Below, piece after piece: positions 1 to 10,161 of a stretch of DNA of 64,000 nucleotides. Numbering within the stretch: the first letter of the stretch is position 1; every line of letters starts with the position of its first letter. Under the pieces are notes generated by a model. That model saw only the letters and a list, made by a program, of their open reading frames with translations, did no database searches and was not told the DNA's origin. A program made the translations under genes and the position numbers. The DNA comes from Defluviicoccus sp. (GTDB taxonomy: Bacteria > Pseudomonadota > Alphaproteobacteria > Rhodospirillales > Defluviicoccaceae), in assembly GCA_029624735.1 (NCBI GenBank), contig JARSSM010000016.1, positions 5,993 to 69,992 of the forward strand, written 5' to 3'.

Positions 1-2
1 GC

Positions 3-755
3 AGCGTCAAGCTCAGCCTGTACGCGACGACTTCCACCGTGCAATGGCAGCAGATCGGCACTGACGCCGAGGCCGCTTTCGGTGTCCCGGCGCTGATCGT
101 GCACCGGGACCGGCATGCGTTGCTGTCGCTCGGCGCCGAAGCAGGCGCGCTCTCGGCCTGGCTGGCCAGCAGCTATCCCGACGTCAGCATCATCGGCATC
201 GGCAGCGAGATCGAGGTCTACAAGGAGGTCGGGCATCCGGCCAGCGTTGCCGAGCGCTTTCACCTGGCCGGGCTCGACGGCGGGCATGGCATCGGCCATA
301 CCCGCATGGCCACGGAAAGTGCGGTCACCGTCCGCCATTCGCACCCGTTCGCCGCCGGTCTCGATATCTGTCTGGTGCACAACGGATCGCTCTCGAACCA
401 CAATGACCTGCGCCGCCGGCTGGCGCGGCGCGGCATGCGCTTCCAAACCGATAACGACAGCGAGGTGGCAGCCGCATATCTGGCCGACCGCTTGGGCGCT
501 GGCTTGAGCCTGCGCGAAGCGCTGATCACGGCCGGCACCGATCTCGACGGCTTCTTTACCTTTGCGGTCGGCACTGCGGACGGTTTCGCCGTTGCGCGCG
601 ATGCGATTGCCTGCAAACCGGCGGTTCTGGCCGAGACCGAAGACTGGGTGGCGATGGCGTCGGAATATCGGGCGATTGCAACCCTCCCCGATGCCGACGA
701 CGCCCGGGTCTGGGAACCGAAGGCAGGCGAAGTCTACTGCTGGAACCGGGCCTGA
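3..755 (+). CDS. mgsA: N-methylglutamate synthase subunit A (class II glutamine amidotransferase, GlxB); 5'-truncated by the window edge
   Basis: Frame is open from position 3; motifs IGHTRMATES, HNGSLSNH, TDNDSEV; first of the glxB/C/D trio. Confidence 0.85.
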   Translation, partial: SVKLSLYATTSTVQWQQIGTDAEAAFGVPALIVHRDRHALLSLGAEAGALSAWLASSYPDVSIIGIGSEIEVYKEVGHPASVAERFHLAGLDGGHGIGHTRMATESAVTVRHSHPFAAGLDICLVHNGSLSNHNDLRRRLARRGMRFQTDNDSEVAAAYLADRLGAGLSLREALITAGTDLDGFFTFAVGTADGFAVARDAIACKPAVLAETEDWVAMASEYRAIATLPDADDARVWEPKAGEVYCWNRA

Positions 756-760
756 CCGCC

Positions 761-1441
761 ATGATCACGTTCGATCTCGACCGCGCCCCGCTGCGGGAGC
801 TGAACCAGTCACTGCATGACGTTGCCGGAGAGGGCGACCGCCGCTGGCGGATCGTCAATCCACGCGGCCGGCACAACATCGCCGTCGGTATGACGCAGGC
901 GCTCGACGTCGAAGTCGCAGGGCACACAGGCTATTACTGTGGCGGCATGAACCAGAACGCAGCGATCACCATCTGCGGCCACGCCGGTCAAGGGGTTGCG
1001 GAGAATATCGTTTCGGGCCGGGTGCGGGTGAAAGGCAATGCGTCGCAGTCGGCTGCCGCAAGCGGCCGCGGCGGCCTCGTCGTGATTGAAGGCGACGCCG
1101 GTGCGCGCTGCGGCATCTCGATGAAGGGCGTCGACATCGTCGTCGGCGGCTCCGTCGACCATATGAGCGCCTTCCTGGCCCAGGCCGGTACGCTCGTCGT
1201 CTGCGGTGACGCCGGACCCGACTTAGGTGATTCGATCTATGAGGCGGTCATCTTTGTCGGCGGGCAGGTCGGCAGCCTGGGTGCCGACTGCATCGAAAAG
1301 GAGATGACCGCAGCCCACCGCGGAAAGCTGGAGGCCTTGCTGGCGCAGGCCGGAATCGGCGCTGATACCAGCGCGTTCCGCCGCTTCGGCTCCGCGCGAA
1401 GACTTTATAACTTCCACGTTGACCACGCGGGCGAGTACTGA
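761..1441 (+). CDS. mgsB: N-methylglutamate synthase subunit B (GXGXG domain, GlxC)
   Basis: GltB/FwdC-type repeats (GHAGQGVAEN, GDAGARCGISMKG, GDAGPDLGDS) between glxB and glxD. Confidence 0.88.
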   Translation: MITFDLDRAPLRELNQSLHDVAGEGDRRWRIVNPRGRHNIAVGMTQALDVEVAGHTGYYCGGMNQNAAITICGHAGQGVAENIVSGRVRVKGNASQSAAASGRGGLVVIEGDAGARCGISMKGVDIVVGGSVDHMSAFLAQAGTLVVCGDAGPDLGDSIYEAVIFVGGQVGSLGADCIEKEMTAAHRGKLEALLAQAGIGADTSAFRRFGSARRLYNFHVDHAGEY

Positions 1442-1444
1442 GCC

Positions 1445-2761
1445 GTGTCAACCGATCCCCGCCTGAAACGCGAATCCGCAAGCTTTCATCGCAACGTAAT
1501 CGCCGAGATCCAGCGCGCGGCGAGCGAAGGCATCTACGAGATCAGGGGCTTCGGCGCCAAGCGGCACCTGCCGAGCTTCGATGACCTCGTGTTCCTTGGT
1601 GCCTCGATGTCCCGCTATCCGCTGGAGGGCTACCGCGAGCGTTGCGCGACCGATGTCGTGCTCGGCAGCCGCTTCGCCCGCAAGCCGGTCGAGCTCAAGA
1701 TCCCCATCACCATCGCCGGCATGAGCTTCGGCTCGCTCAGTGCGAACGCCAAGCGGGCGCTCGGCCTGGGTGCGACCAAGATGGGCACCAGCACCACCAC
1801 CGGTGACGGCGGCATGACGGAGGAGGAGCGCGATGCTTCGGCGGTCCTGGTCTATCAGGTGCTGCCATCGCGCTACGGCATGAATCCGGACGATCTTCGC
1901 CGCGCGGACGCAATCGAGGTGGTCATCGGTCAGGGTGCCAAGCCTGGCGGCGGCGGCATGCTGCTGGGCCAGAAGATCACGGACCGGGTGGCTGCAATGC
2001 GCACGCTGCCGACGGGAATCGACCAGCGCAGCGCCTGCCGGCATCCGGATTGGACCGGGCCGGACGACCTCGAGATCAAGATCGAGGAACTGCGGGAGAT
2101 CACCGACTGGATGAAGCCGATCTACGTCAAGATCGGTGCCACCCGGCCGCGGTTCGACGTCGCGCTTGCGGTCAAGGCCGGCGCCGATGTGATCGTGCTG
2201 GACGGCATGCAAGGCGGGACCGGCGCCACGCAGGATGTCTTCATTGAGCATGTCGGCATCCCGACGCTGCCGGCGCTGCGCGAGGCCGTCGAGGCCCTGC
2301 AGGAACTCGACATGCACCGGAAGGTGCAGCTGATCGTTTCCGGCGGCATCCGCTCAGGTGCCGATGTCGCCAAGGCGCTCGCCCTCGGGGCCGACGCGGT
2401 CTCGATCGGCACCGCGGCGCTGATCGCGCTTAACTGCAACGGCCCGCTTTATGAGGACGACTATAAGGCGCTCGGCGTTGAAGCGGGCCTCTGCCATCAC
2501 TGCCATACGGGGCGGTGTCCGGTCGGTATCGCGACGCAAGATACCGAGCTGGAGCAGCGTCTTGACCCAGAGGCAGCGGCGCTGCGCTTGCGCAACTACC
2601 TGTCGACGATGGTGCTGGAGGCGCAAACCTTGGCGCGCGCCTGTGGCAAGTCGCACCTCCTGCATCTTGAGCCGGAGGACCTGGTCGCGCTCACCATCGA
2701 AGCGGCGGCGATGGCGGGCGTTCCGCTCGCCGGCACCCGCTGGATCCCCGGCCGTTCCTGA
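1445..2761 (+). CDS. mgsC: N-methylglutamate synthase subunit C (FMN-binding glutamate synthase family, GlxD)
   Basis: AGMSFGSLS, GQGAKPGGGG, SGGIRSGADVAKALALGAD and Fe-S motif CHHCHTGRCPVGIATQ. Confidence 0.9.
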   Translation: MSTDPRLKRESASFHRNVIAEIQRAASEGIYEIRGFGAKRHLPSFDDLVFLGASMSRYPLEGYRERCATDVVLGSRFARKPVELKIPITIAGMSFGSLSANAKRALGLGATKMGTSTTTGDGGMTEEERDASAVLVYQVLPSRYGMNPDDLRRADAIEVVIGQGAKPGGGGMLLGQKITDRVAAMRTLPTGIDQRSACRHPDWTGPDDLEIKIEELREITDWMKPIYVKIGATRPRFDVALAVKAGADVIVLDGMQGGTGATQDVFIEHVGIPTLPALREAVEALQELDMHRKVQLIVSGGIRSGADVAKALALGADAVSIGTAALIALNCNGPLYEDDYKALGVEAGLCHHCHTGRCPVGIATQDTELEQRLDPEAAALRLRNYLSTMVLEAQTLARACGKSHLLHLEPEDLVALTIEAAAMAGVPLAGTRWIPGRS

Positions 2762-2902
2762 GACGGCTGCGCGGTCGGCGCTACGGCAACTTCCCGCGGC
2801 GGCCAGCCGTGTCTCACATGAAAAATAATTGCATCTGAGGAAAAGAGCGGTAAGGTCTGCGGCGTTCGGCGGCGTTGCCTTCGCCGCCTCCTTTGAGGCC
2901 CC

Positions 2903-4147
2903 GTGATGCCCCTCCGGTTGCTTCGATTCGGGCTTGGTTTGGCCCGGCCTGATACGCGTATCCTCCCGCTGCCGCAGGAGCTTAAGCCCCACTACGACGT
3001 CGTGATCGTCGGTGGCGGCGGACATGGCCTTGCCGCGGCCTATTACCTCGCCCGCCAGCACGGCATCACCAACGTCGCTGTGCTGGACAAGGGGTACATC
3101 GGCGGCGGCAATACCGGCCGCAACACGGCGATCGTCCGCTCGAACTACCTGACGGACGACGGCGTCCGCTTCTATGCCGAGTCGATGCGGCTCTACCAAA
3201 CGCTGAGCGACGAGCTCGACATCAACCTCATGTATTCCCAGCGTGGGCACTTGACCCTCGCCCACACCGACGCCTCGATTCGAACGATGCGCTGGCGCGC
3301 GGAGGTCAACAAGCACTTGGGCGTCGCCTCGGAACTCATCGGTCCCGACGAGATCGCCCGCATCTGCCCACAGCTCAATCTGTCGCGCGCCGTCCGCTAT
3401 CCGATCCTGGGTGCGCTGTCCCATCCGGTCGGCGCCACCGTTCGCCATGATGCTGTCGCCTGGGGCTATGCCAGAGCGGCCGGCCGGCTGGGTGTTGCCA
3501 TCCATCAAGGCACGGAAGTGGTCGGCTTTGCCATCGAGGGCGGCCGTATCACCGCGGTTGAAACCACGCGCGGCCGGATCGGCTGCGGCAAGGTCTTGAT
3601 CGCGGTCGCGGGCCGCAGCAGCCTGGTCTGCGACATGGCGGGCTTCCGGCTCCCCATTCGCACGGTGCCGTTGCAGGCGTGCGTCTCCCAGCCCGTGAAG
3701 CGGTTCCTCGATCCGATCATCGTCTCCGGCAGCCTGCATTGCTACATCTGGCAGAGCCAGCGCGGCGAGCTCGTCATGGGCGGCGCCACCGACCCGTACC
3801 CCCTCTATTCGACGCGATCGACCCTCGATTTCAAGGAGGGCCTGATGGCGCACATGCTGGAGCTGCTGCCGTTCCTGGGCGAGGTCAAGATCATGCGGCA
3901 GTGGGCGGGCTTAAGCGACATGACGCCTGACTTCGCGCCCGTGATGGGCAAGACCCCTCTTTCCAACTGTTACCTGACGGCGGGCTGGGGGACCTGGGGC
4001 TTCAAGGCCACGCCGGCCTCCGGCAAGGCAATGGCCGCTTGCGTTGCCGACGACAGACCGCCCGAACTGATCGCACCGTTCCGACTCGACCGCTTCCGCG
4101 AACTCGACCAGCTGGGCGAGGCGGGGGCTGCTTCGGTCGGACACTGA
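2903..4147 (+). CDS. mgdA: N-methylglutamate dehydrogenase subunit A (sarcosine oxidase beta-like)
   Basis: GGGGHGLAAAYYLA, GGGNTGRNTAIVRSNY, GWGTWGFKA; context between mgs and gmaS favours Mgd over true Sox. Confidence 0.85.
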   Translation: MMPLRLLRFGLGLARPDTRILPLPQELKPHYDVVIVGGGGHGLAAAYYLARQHGITNVAVLDKGYIGGGNTGRNTAIVRSNYLTDDGVRFYAESMRLYQTLSDELDINLMYSQRGHLTLAHTDASIRTMRWRAEVNKHLGVASELIGPDEIARICPQLNLSRAVRYPILGALSHPVGATVRHDAVAWGYARAAGRLGVAIHQGTEVVGFAIEGGRITAVETTRGRIGCGKVLIAVAGRSSLVCDMAGFRLPIRTVPLQACVSQPVKRFLDPIIVSGSLHCYIWQSQRGELVMGGATDPYPLYSTRSTLDFKEGLMAHMLELLPFLGEVKIMRQWAGLSDMTPDFAPVMGKTPLSNCYLTAGWGTWGFKATPASGKAMAACVADDRPPELIAPFRLDRFRELDQLGEAGAASVGH

Positions 4148-4160
4148 GGATCGCCCAGCC

Positions 4161-4433
4161 GTGAAGATCATGCCTTGCCCGCTCAATGGGCCGCGCAACA
4201 TCCAGGAGTTCATCTGCCGCGGCGAGGTCAGGATCCCGCCTGCCGCGGATGCTTCGGCCGAGGCTTGGGCCGAGTACCTGTTCTATCGCGAGAACAAGGC
4301 CGGCATCGTTCGCGAGTGGTGGTGTCACCTGCCGACGACGTTCTGGTTCATCGCCGAACGTGACACCCGCACGGATGAGATCATCCGCACATACACCTTC
4401 GACGCGCTGGACGAGTCGGGGAGCGGACGATGA
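4161..4433 (+). CDS. mgdB: N-methylglutamate dehydrogenase subunit B (sarcosine oxidase delta-like)
   Basis: MKIMPCPLNGPRNIQEF, EWWCH, ERDTRTDEI; GTG start. Confidence 0.85.
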   Translation: MKIMPCPLNGPRNIQEFICRGEVRIPPAADASAEAWAEYLFYRENKAGIVREWWCHLPTTFWFIAERDTRTDEIIRTYTFDALDESGSGR

Positions 4434-7330
4434 GCGCGCGTGAGCGGCTGCCGCTTCCCTTCGGGATCGCGATCGACCGCAGCCGGCCGCTCGGCTATTC
4501 CTTCGACGGCCGTTCAGGCAGCGGTTACGCCGGCGATACGCTGGCGAGTGCCCTTGCCGGGGACGGCGTCTGGCTCTTGTCCCGGTCGTTCAAGTACCAT
4601 CGGCCGCGTGGCCTTTTCTCGCTTGCCGGTCACGACGCCAACACCATGGTCCAGGTCGAAGATGAGCCGAACGTGCTCGCCGATCGGCTGGTGTTGCGCG
4701 AAGGCCTGACGGCAACTCCGCTGAACGGCACCGGCACACTGACCCGGGACCGGGCGCGGATCTTGGAGCGGCTGCACCGCTTCATGCCGGTCGGCTTCTA
4801 CTATCACGCCTTCTTTCGCCCGGCCGGGACCTGGCCGCGGTGGGAGAAACTGATCCGGGCGATGGGCGGGCTCGGCACGGTCAACACGGGCCAGAAGCAC
4901 GGCTATTACGACAAAGCCTATGCCTTCTGCGACGTCTGCGTGATTGGTGCTGGTCCGGCAGGGCTTTCGGCAGCGCTGGAAGCGGCGGCGGCCGGGGCCG
5001 AGGTCATCATCATCGACGACCAGGCGCTGCCCGGCGGTGCGCTTTCTTTCGCGCGCGAAGAGGTCGATGGCGACGCCGACGCGTTGCGCCGCAGCCTGCT
5101 TTCCCAGATCGAAGCCCAGCCGTCGATCACGCTGTGGAGCGGGGCGATCTGCCAGGGCTGGTTCACCGACCACTGGCTGCCGGTAACCCGCGGTGATCGC
5201 CTCTACAAGGTCCGGGCGGCGGCTGTGGTCATTGCGACCGGCACGATCGGCCAGCAGGTGGTGTTCCGCAATAACGACCTGCCGGGAATCATGCTTGGCT
5301 CGGCCGCCCAGCGGCTGATGCGGCTTTACGGCGTCCGGCCGGGCACACGAGCGGTAATCCTTGCCGCCGATGAAGCCGGCTACGGCGTCGCCCTTGACCT
5401 GATCGATGCCGGCGTCGAGGTGGCCGCCCTCCTTGACCTCAGGACCGAAGTGCCCGCGTCGCCTCTCGCCGCGGCGGTGCGGGAGCGTGGCGTGCCGGTC
5501 CGGCCGCGCATGGCGGTGGCAGAGGCGGTCGAGGGCCGCAACCATCTTTCGGCGGTGCGGATCGCCCCGGTTGTTGGCGAGGGAACGCTGGGGACCGCCG
5601 GCGAGACGATCGCATGCGATCTGCTCTGTCTTTCGGCCGGTGGTGTCCCGAATGCTGCGCTCGTCTGCCATGCCGGCGGGTCCGTGCGCCATGACGCCGT
5701 TTCTGGCCGGTTTGTTGTCGCTTCTACGCCTCCTGATCTGTTCGTTGCCGGTTCCGTCGCTGGAACGGAAAGTTTCGCGGCGGCAATGGCCGGCGGCCGG
5801 CGGGCAGGGTGGCAGGCGGCGCGGGCTGCCGGCTTTTCCAACCCGCACGAGCCGCAGGTGGAGCCGGCAATGGTTGCGCCCGCGGGGCCGATGCCGTGGC
5901 CAATCTTTCCCCATCCCAAGGGAAAGGACTTCGTCGATTATGACGAGGATCTGACCGTCAGCCACGTGCGCGACGCGGTTGCCGCCGGCTTTGACAGTGT
6001 TGAGCTGCTCAAGCGCTACTCCACGGCCGGCATGGGGCCGTCACAGGGGCGGATCACCAATCCGGTGCTCTACCGCCTGCTGGCACAGGCGACAGGGCAG
6101 AGTGTCGAGGCGGTCGGCAGTGTCACCGTGCGCCCGCCGATCGGCCAGGAGAAGATCGGCCACTTGGCCGGCCGCGGTTTCGATCCGGTCCGCCTGTCGC
6201 CGATCCACCATCGCCATCAGGAACTTGGCGCCACGATGATGGTGGCCGGGACCTGGCTGCGGCCGGCGGTCTATGGCGAGGGAGGTCAGGAGGCATCGAT
6301 CCGGGACGAGGTCCGCGCGGTCCGCAACGGTGTCGGCCTGATCGATGTCTCGACACTGGGCAAGATCGAGGTGCGGGGGCCGGATGCGGCCGCCTTCCTG
6401 GAACGCATCTATACGTTTGCCTTCGCAGCGCAACCGGTCGGCCGCGTCCGTTACGCGCTCATGACCGACGAGGTCGGCAACGTCATGGATGACGGCGTCG
6501 CCGCCCGCCTGCACGCCCACCATTTCTACGTGACGGCGACCACCGGCGGTGCGGACGGTGTCTACCGCTTCATGCAGTGGTGCAACGCCCAGTGGCGGCT
6601 TGCCGTCGACATCGCCAACGTCACGGCGGCCTACGCGGCGGTTAATATCGCCGGGCCGCGGGCGCGCGCGGTTCTCGCCCGCCTTGAGGGCGATCTCGAC
6701 CTGGCGCCGGAGGCTTTCCCCTACATGGCGGTGCGTGAGGGGATGCTTGCCGGCATGCCGGTGCGGGCACTCCGGGTCGGCTTCGTCGGTGAACTCGGCT
6801 ACGAACTGCACGTGCCTTCGAGTTGTGGCGAAGCGATCTGGGATCGGCTGCTTGCGGCGGGGCAAAGCGAGGGTATCCGGCCCTTCGGCGTCGAGGCGCA
6901 GCGGATCCTTCGCCTGGAGAAGGGCCACGTCATCATCGGTCAGGATACGGACGGCCTTTCAACCCCAGGGGAGGCCGGGCTCGGTTGGGCGCTCTCGAAG
7001 AAGAAACCGTTCTTCGTCGGCAAGGCGGCGCTCGAGCTGCGGCAGCGCCGGGCGATGAACCGGGTCCTGGTTGGCTTCGTCCAGACCAGCACCGGTCCCC
7101 AACCGCTGGAGAACCACCTCATCTTTGCGGGCAGCGAGGTCGCCGGCCGCGTTACGTCGGTTGCGTTCTCGCCGTCATTGGAGCGGGTCATCGGTTTGGC
7201 ATACGTACCGCCGGCGCTTGCCGAAACCGGCACGGCGCTGACGATCAAGGGCACGGGCGGACGGCTGATCGCGGCCGAGGTGTCCAAGACACCGTTCTAC
7301 GATCCCGAAAACCGCCGCCAGGAGATGTGA
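4430..7330 (+). CDS. mgdC: N-methylglutamate dehydrogenase subunit C (sarcosine oxidase alpha-like)
   Basis: RSFKYHRPRG, GAGPAGLSAA, KRYSTAGMGPSQG and GcvT-like C-terminus (DVSTLGKI, GFVGELGYE); ATGA overlap with mgdB. Confidence 0.88.
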   Translation: MSARERLPLPFGIAIDRSRPLGYSFDGRSGSGYAGDTLASALAGDGVWLLSRSFKYHRPRGLFSLAGHDANTMVQVEDEPNVLADRLVLREGLTATPLNGTGTLTRDRARILERLHRFMPVGFYYHAFFRPAGTWPRWEKLIRAMGGLGTVNTGQKHGYYDKAYAFCDVCVIGAGPAGLSAALEAAAAGAEVIIIDDQALPGGALSFAREEVDGDADALRRSLLSQIEAQPSITLWSGAICQGWFTDHWLPVTRGDRLYKVRAAAVVIATGTIGQQVVFRNNDLPGIMLGSAAQRLMRLYGVRPGTRAVILAADEAGYGVALDLIDAGVEVAALLDLRTEVPASPLAAAVRERGVPVRPRMAVAEAVEGRNHLSAVRIAPVVGEGTLGTAGETIACDLLCLSAGGVPNAALVCHAGGSVRHDAVSGRFVVASTPPDLFVAGSVAGTESFAAAMAGGRRAGWQAARAAGFSNPHEPQVEPAMVAPAGPMPWPIFPHPKGKDFVDYDEDLTVSHVRDAVAAGFDSVELLKRYSTAGMGPSQGRITNPVLYRLLAQATGQSVEAVGSVTVRPPIGQEKIGHLAGRGFDPVRLSPIHHRHQELGATMMVAGTWLRPAVYGEGGQEASIRDEVRAVRNGVGLIDVSTLGKIEVRGPDAAAFLERIYTFAFAAQPVGRVRYALMTDEVGNVMDDGVAARLHAHHFYVTATTGGADGVYRFMQWCNAQWRLAVDIANVTAAYAAVNIAGPRARAVLARLEGDLDLAPEAFPYMAVREGMLAGMPVRALRVGFVGELGYELHVPSSCGEAIWDRLLAAGQSEGIRPFGVEAQRILRLEKGHVIIGQDTDGLSTPGEAGLGWALSKKKPFFVGKAALELRQRRAMNRVLVGFVQTSTGPQPLENHLIFAGSEVAGRVTSVAFSPSLERVIGLAYVPPALAETGTALTIKGTGGRLIAAEVSKTPFYDPENRRQEM

Positions 7331-7334
7331 GCAA

Positions 7335-8057
7335 ATGAGCGGTGCAGAGGGCGCACGCGCGGCCAACGGCAACCCGCGCCGCAGCTTCTTCCAAAGGCAA
7401 CTGGAAGAGCTTGGTGCGCGGTTCTCGATCCTCGAGGATGGCCCGCTGGCCACCGATTTCGGCACTGCCACAGCCGAGCGCGAGCAGGCCCGGCAGCTGG
7501 GGCTCTGCGATCTCTCCTCCCTGCCGCGCATCGGTTTCAAGGGAGCGAATACCGCCGCCTGGCTTGCCGGCCGTGGCGTCGCACTTCCTGCGCAACCTCA
7601 CCGCCTCGCCCGTATCGAGGACGGTCTTCTCGCCTGCAGACTTTCGCCCGGCGAGGCGTTGCTGTTGTCCCAGCCATGGGGCGCGTCACGCCTGATCAAG
7701 GACGTGGAGCGTGCCTGGAGCATCGAGAGCGCGGGCCTATGCTTCCCGGTCCCGCGCCGGGACAGCCACGCCTGGCTGGCCCTGGTCGGCGCCCGGGTCC
7801 CGGCGATGCTGACCAAGATCTGCGGCATCGATTTCCGGCCGCACAAGTTTGCCGACCTCACGCTGGCCCAGACGCAGGTTGCGCGCACAAGTGCGATCGT
7901 GGCGCGCGCCGACGTCGAGGGTACGGGCTGCTGGCATCTGCTCTTCGACAGTGCTTCTGCGGCCTACATGTGGCAGGTGCTGATTGATGCGATGAGCGAA
8001 TTCGACGGCAGGCCAGTGGGTTGCGCCGCGTTGGCGCCGCCCGGCAGCGCTCTATAG
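7335..8057 (+). CDS. mgdD: N-methylglutamate dehydrogenase subunit D (sarcosine oxidase gamma-like)
   Basis: DLSSLPRIGFKG, KICGIDF, AQTQVART; fourth gene of the mgd run. Confidence 0.8.
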   Translation: MSGAEGARAANGNPRRSFFQRQLEELGARFSILEDGPLATDFGTATAEREQARQLGLCDLSSLPRIGFKGANTAAWLAGRGVALPAQPHRLARIEDGLLACRLSPGEALLLSQPWGASRLIKDVERAWSIESAGLCFPVPRRDSHAWLALVGARVPAMLTKICGIDFRPHKFADLTLAQTQVARTSAIVARADVEGTGCWHLLFDSASAAYMWQVLIDAMSEFDGRPVGCAALAPPGSAL

Positions 8058-8060
8058 GAG

Positions 8061-8693
8061 TTGACCCCGATCACGACGCTCGATGACGAAGGCAACGTCC
8101 ATGCCCTGCAAGGCGCAAGGGACAATGGTCTCGAAGCGGCGATCGGGCGGCAAGTGCGGGAGTTCCGCCTCCGTCTCGGCATGTCGGTGGTCGACTTGGC
8201 GCGCGAGGCCGGGCTTTCGGCGGGAATGCTGTCAAAGATCGAGAACGGCCAGACATCCCCTTCACTGGCGACACTAGCCAACCTGTCGCGCGCCCTCAAC
8301 GTTCCTTTCACGGCCCTGTTCCGCCGCTTCGAGGAGAAGCGGGATGCGATCCTCGTGCGTGCCGGCGAAGGCCTGACCATCGAGCGCCGCGGCACGCGGG
8401 CCGGCCACCAGTACCAGCTGCTGGGGCACACGCTGCATAAGCAGATTGCCTTCGACCCCTATTTGATCACGCTGACCGAGAAATCCGAAGTGTTCCCCCT
8501 GTTTCAGCATGCGGGGCTGGAATTCATCTATGTCCTGGAGGGCAGGGTCGCCTACCGCCATGGCGATCGGATCTATGCGCTCAGTCCCGGCGACTCGCTG
8601 TTCTTTGACGCCGATGCGCCGCATGGCCCGGAAGAACTGAGCCAGCTGCCGATCCGCTTCCTGTCGGTGATCGTTGGGCTGCGAACCGAGTGA
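8061..8693 (+). CDS. XRE-family HTH plus cupin transcriptional regulator (start uncertain)
   Basis: GLSAGMLSKIENGQTSPSL HTH; C-terminal cupin FQHAGLEF...GDSLFFDADAPHGP. Confidence 0.85.
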   Translation: MTPITTLDDEGNVHALQGARDNGLEAAIGRQVREFRLRLGMSVVDLAREAGLSAGMLSKIENGQTSPSLATLANLSRALNVPFTALFRRFEEKRDAILVRAGEGLTIERRGTRAGHQYQLLGHTLHKQIAFDPYLITLTEKSEVFPLFQHAGLEFIYVLEGRVAYRHGDRIYALSPGDSLFFDADAPHGPEELSQLPIRFLSVIVGLRTE

Positions 8694-8804
8694 GGTGAGA
8701 TCGATTTTTGTCGTAAAGGGGCGCGTCATTGCTGATTAGCGGCTCGTTTTTTGCAGTGACGTTACTTTCTGACGTTGGATCTTTTCAGGGTGGAGACAAG
8801 AAAC

Positions 8805-10112
8805 ATGGCTACAAGCCTGCATGAACTCGGCCGGGAACGCGGCATCCGCTACTTCCTCATCAGCTACGTTGACCTTTTCGGCGTGCTTCGGGCGAAGCTG
8901 GTGCCGCTCGGGGCAATCGCCGGAATGCAGAAGAACGGCGCCGGCTTCGCTGGTTTCGCCACCCACCTGGACTTGACCCCGGCGGACGCGGACATGTTTG
9001 CCCTGCCGGATCCGGACAGCTTGATCCAGTTGCCGTGGAACAAGGAGGTTGGCTGGCTCGCGTCCGCGCTTGTCGTCGGCGGGGAAGTGCTGGCGCACGG
9101 GCCGCGTGATGTTCTCAAAGAGCAAATCGCGCATGCCCGCGCCTTGGGCTACACCATGAAGACCGGCATCGAATGCGAGTTCTTCCTTCTCACACCGGAA
9201 GGCGATGCGATCGCCGACGTCTTCGACAGCTATCCCAAGCCCTGCTACGACCAGCAGGCTCTCATGCGGCAATACAACGTCATCCGCGCCATTTGCGATG
9301 CAATGGAGGAACTCGGCTGGGGGCCTTACCAGAACGATCATGAGGACGCCAACGGCCAGTTCGAAATGAACTGGGCCTTTGACGATGCACTCAAGTCCGC
9401 CGATCGGCATGTCTTCTTCAAGTACATGGCAAAAACGATCGCGGAGCAGCATGGCATGCGCGCGACCTTTATGCCGAAACCGTTCAATTCCCTGACCGGT
9501 AACGGCTGTCACATGCATGTTTCGTTATGGAACGACGATGGCAGCGACAACGTCTTCCATGCGGACGATGGTGAACTTGGCCTTTCGCCGCTTGCCTACA
9601 ATTTCCTCGGCGGGATCATGCATTCGGCCGATGCGCTGTGCGCCGTCTTCAATCCGACCGTCAACAGCTACAAGCGGATCAACGCGCCGATCACGGCCTC
9701 GGGCGCAACCTGGTCGCCAAACTCCATTACGTACGGGGGAAACAACCGGACGCACATGGTGCGGATCCCCGATCCGGGCCGCTTCGAGTTGCGGCTGATG
9801 GACGGAGCCGTCAATCCCTACCTCAGTCACGCGGCCGTTCTTGCTGCTGGTCTCGACGGCATCCGGAACCAGCGGGATCCCGGCGAGCGGCTTGACATCA
9901 ACATGTACACCGATGGTCACACGGTGGCTGGCGTTCGCAAGCTGCCGCTTAACCTTCTCGACGCATTGCGCCTGCTCGACGGCAGCGAGGTTCTGCGCGC
10001 TGCCCTCGGCGGTCGCTTTGTGGACAGCTACGTCAAGCTCAAGCTCCAGGAGTGGAACGACTTCATGAGCCACCCGAGCGCTTGGGAGCGCGCGCGCACG
10101 CTCGACTGCTGA
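8805..10112 (+). CDS. gmaS: Gamma-glutamylmethylamide synthetase (GlnT-type glutamine synthetase family)
   Basis: GGAG RBS before ATG 8805; RAKLVP, GAGFAGFA, DHEDANGQFE, MPKPF, NRTHMVRIP; located in NMG cluster. Confidence 0.85.
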   Translation: MATSLHELGRERGIRYFLISYVDLFGVLRAKLVPLGAIAGMQKNGAGFAGFATHLDLTPADADMFALPDPDSLIQLPWNKEVGWLASALVVGGEVLAHGPRDVLKEQIAHARALGYTMKTGIECEFFLLTPEGDAIADVFDSYPKPCYDQQALMRQYNVIRAICDAMEELGWGPYQNDHEDANGQFEMNWAFDDALKSADRHVFFKYMAKTIAEQHGMRATFMPKPFNSLTGNGCHMHVSLWNDDGSDNVFHADDGELGLSPLAYNFLGGIMHSADALCAVFNPTVNSYKRINAPITASGATWSPNSITYGGNNRTHMVRIPDPGRFELRLMDGAVNPYLSHAAVLAAGLDGIRNQRDPGERLDINMYTDGHTVAGVRKLPLNLLDALRLLDGSEVLRAALGGRFVDSYVKLKLQEWNDFMSHPSAWERARTLDC

Positions 10113-10161
10113 CACGACGTTCCGAAATCATCACAGATGCAACACGAAGGGTGAGGCGAGC

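Noticed and set aside
2762-2902. AT-rich patch CATGAAAAATAATTGCATC before mgdA, compared with the gmaS upstream region as a possible XRE operator
   Set aside because: No convincing shared palindrome could be aligned by eye
2354-3853. 499-aa minus-strand ORF (similar long antisense ORFs at 4514-5965, 26325-28370, 49097-50170)
   Set aside because: Antisense shadows of well-supported genes; expected in high-GC coding DNA; no recognisable motifs
2903-8057. Calling these genes soxBDAG (sarcosine oxidase)
   Set aside because: Position between mgsABC and gmaS and the short MgdB-type N-terminus favour N-methylglutamate dehydrogenase; not fully excluded
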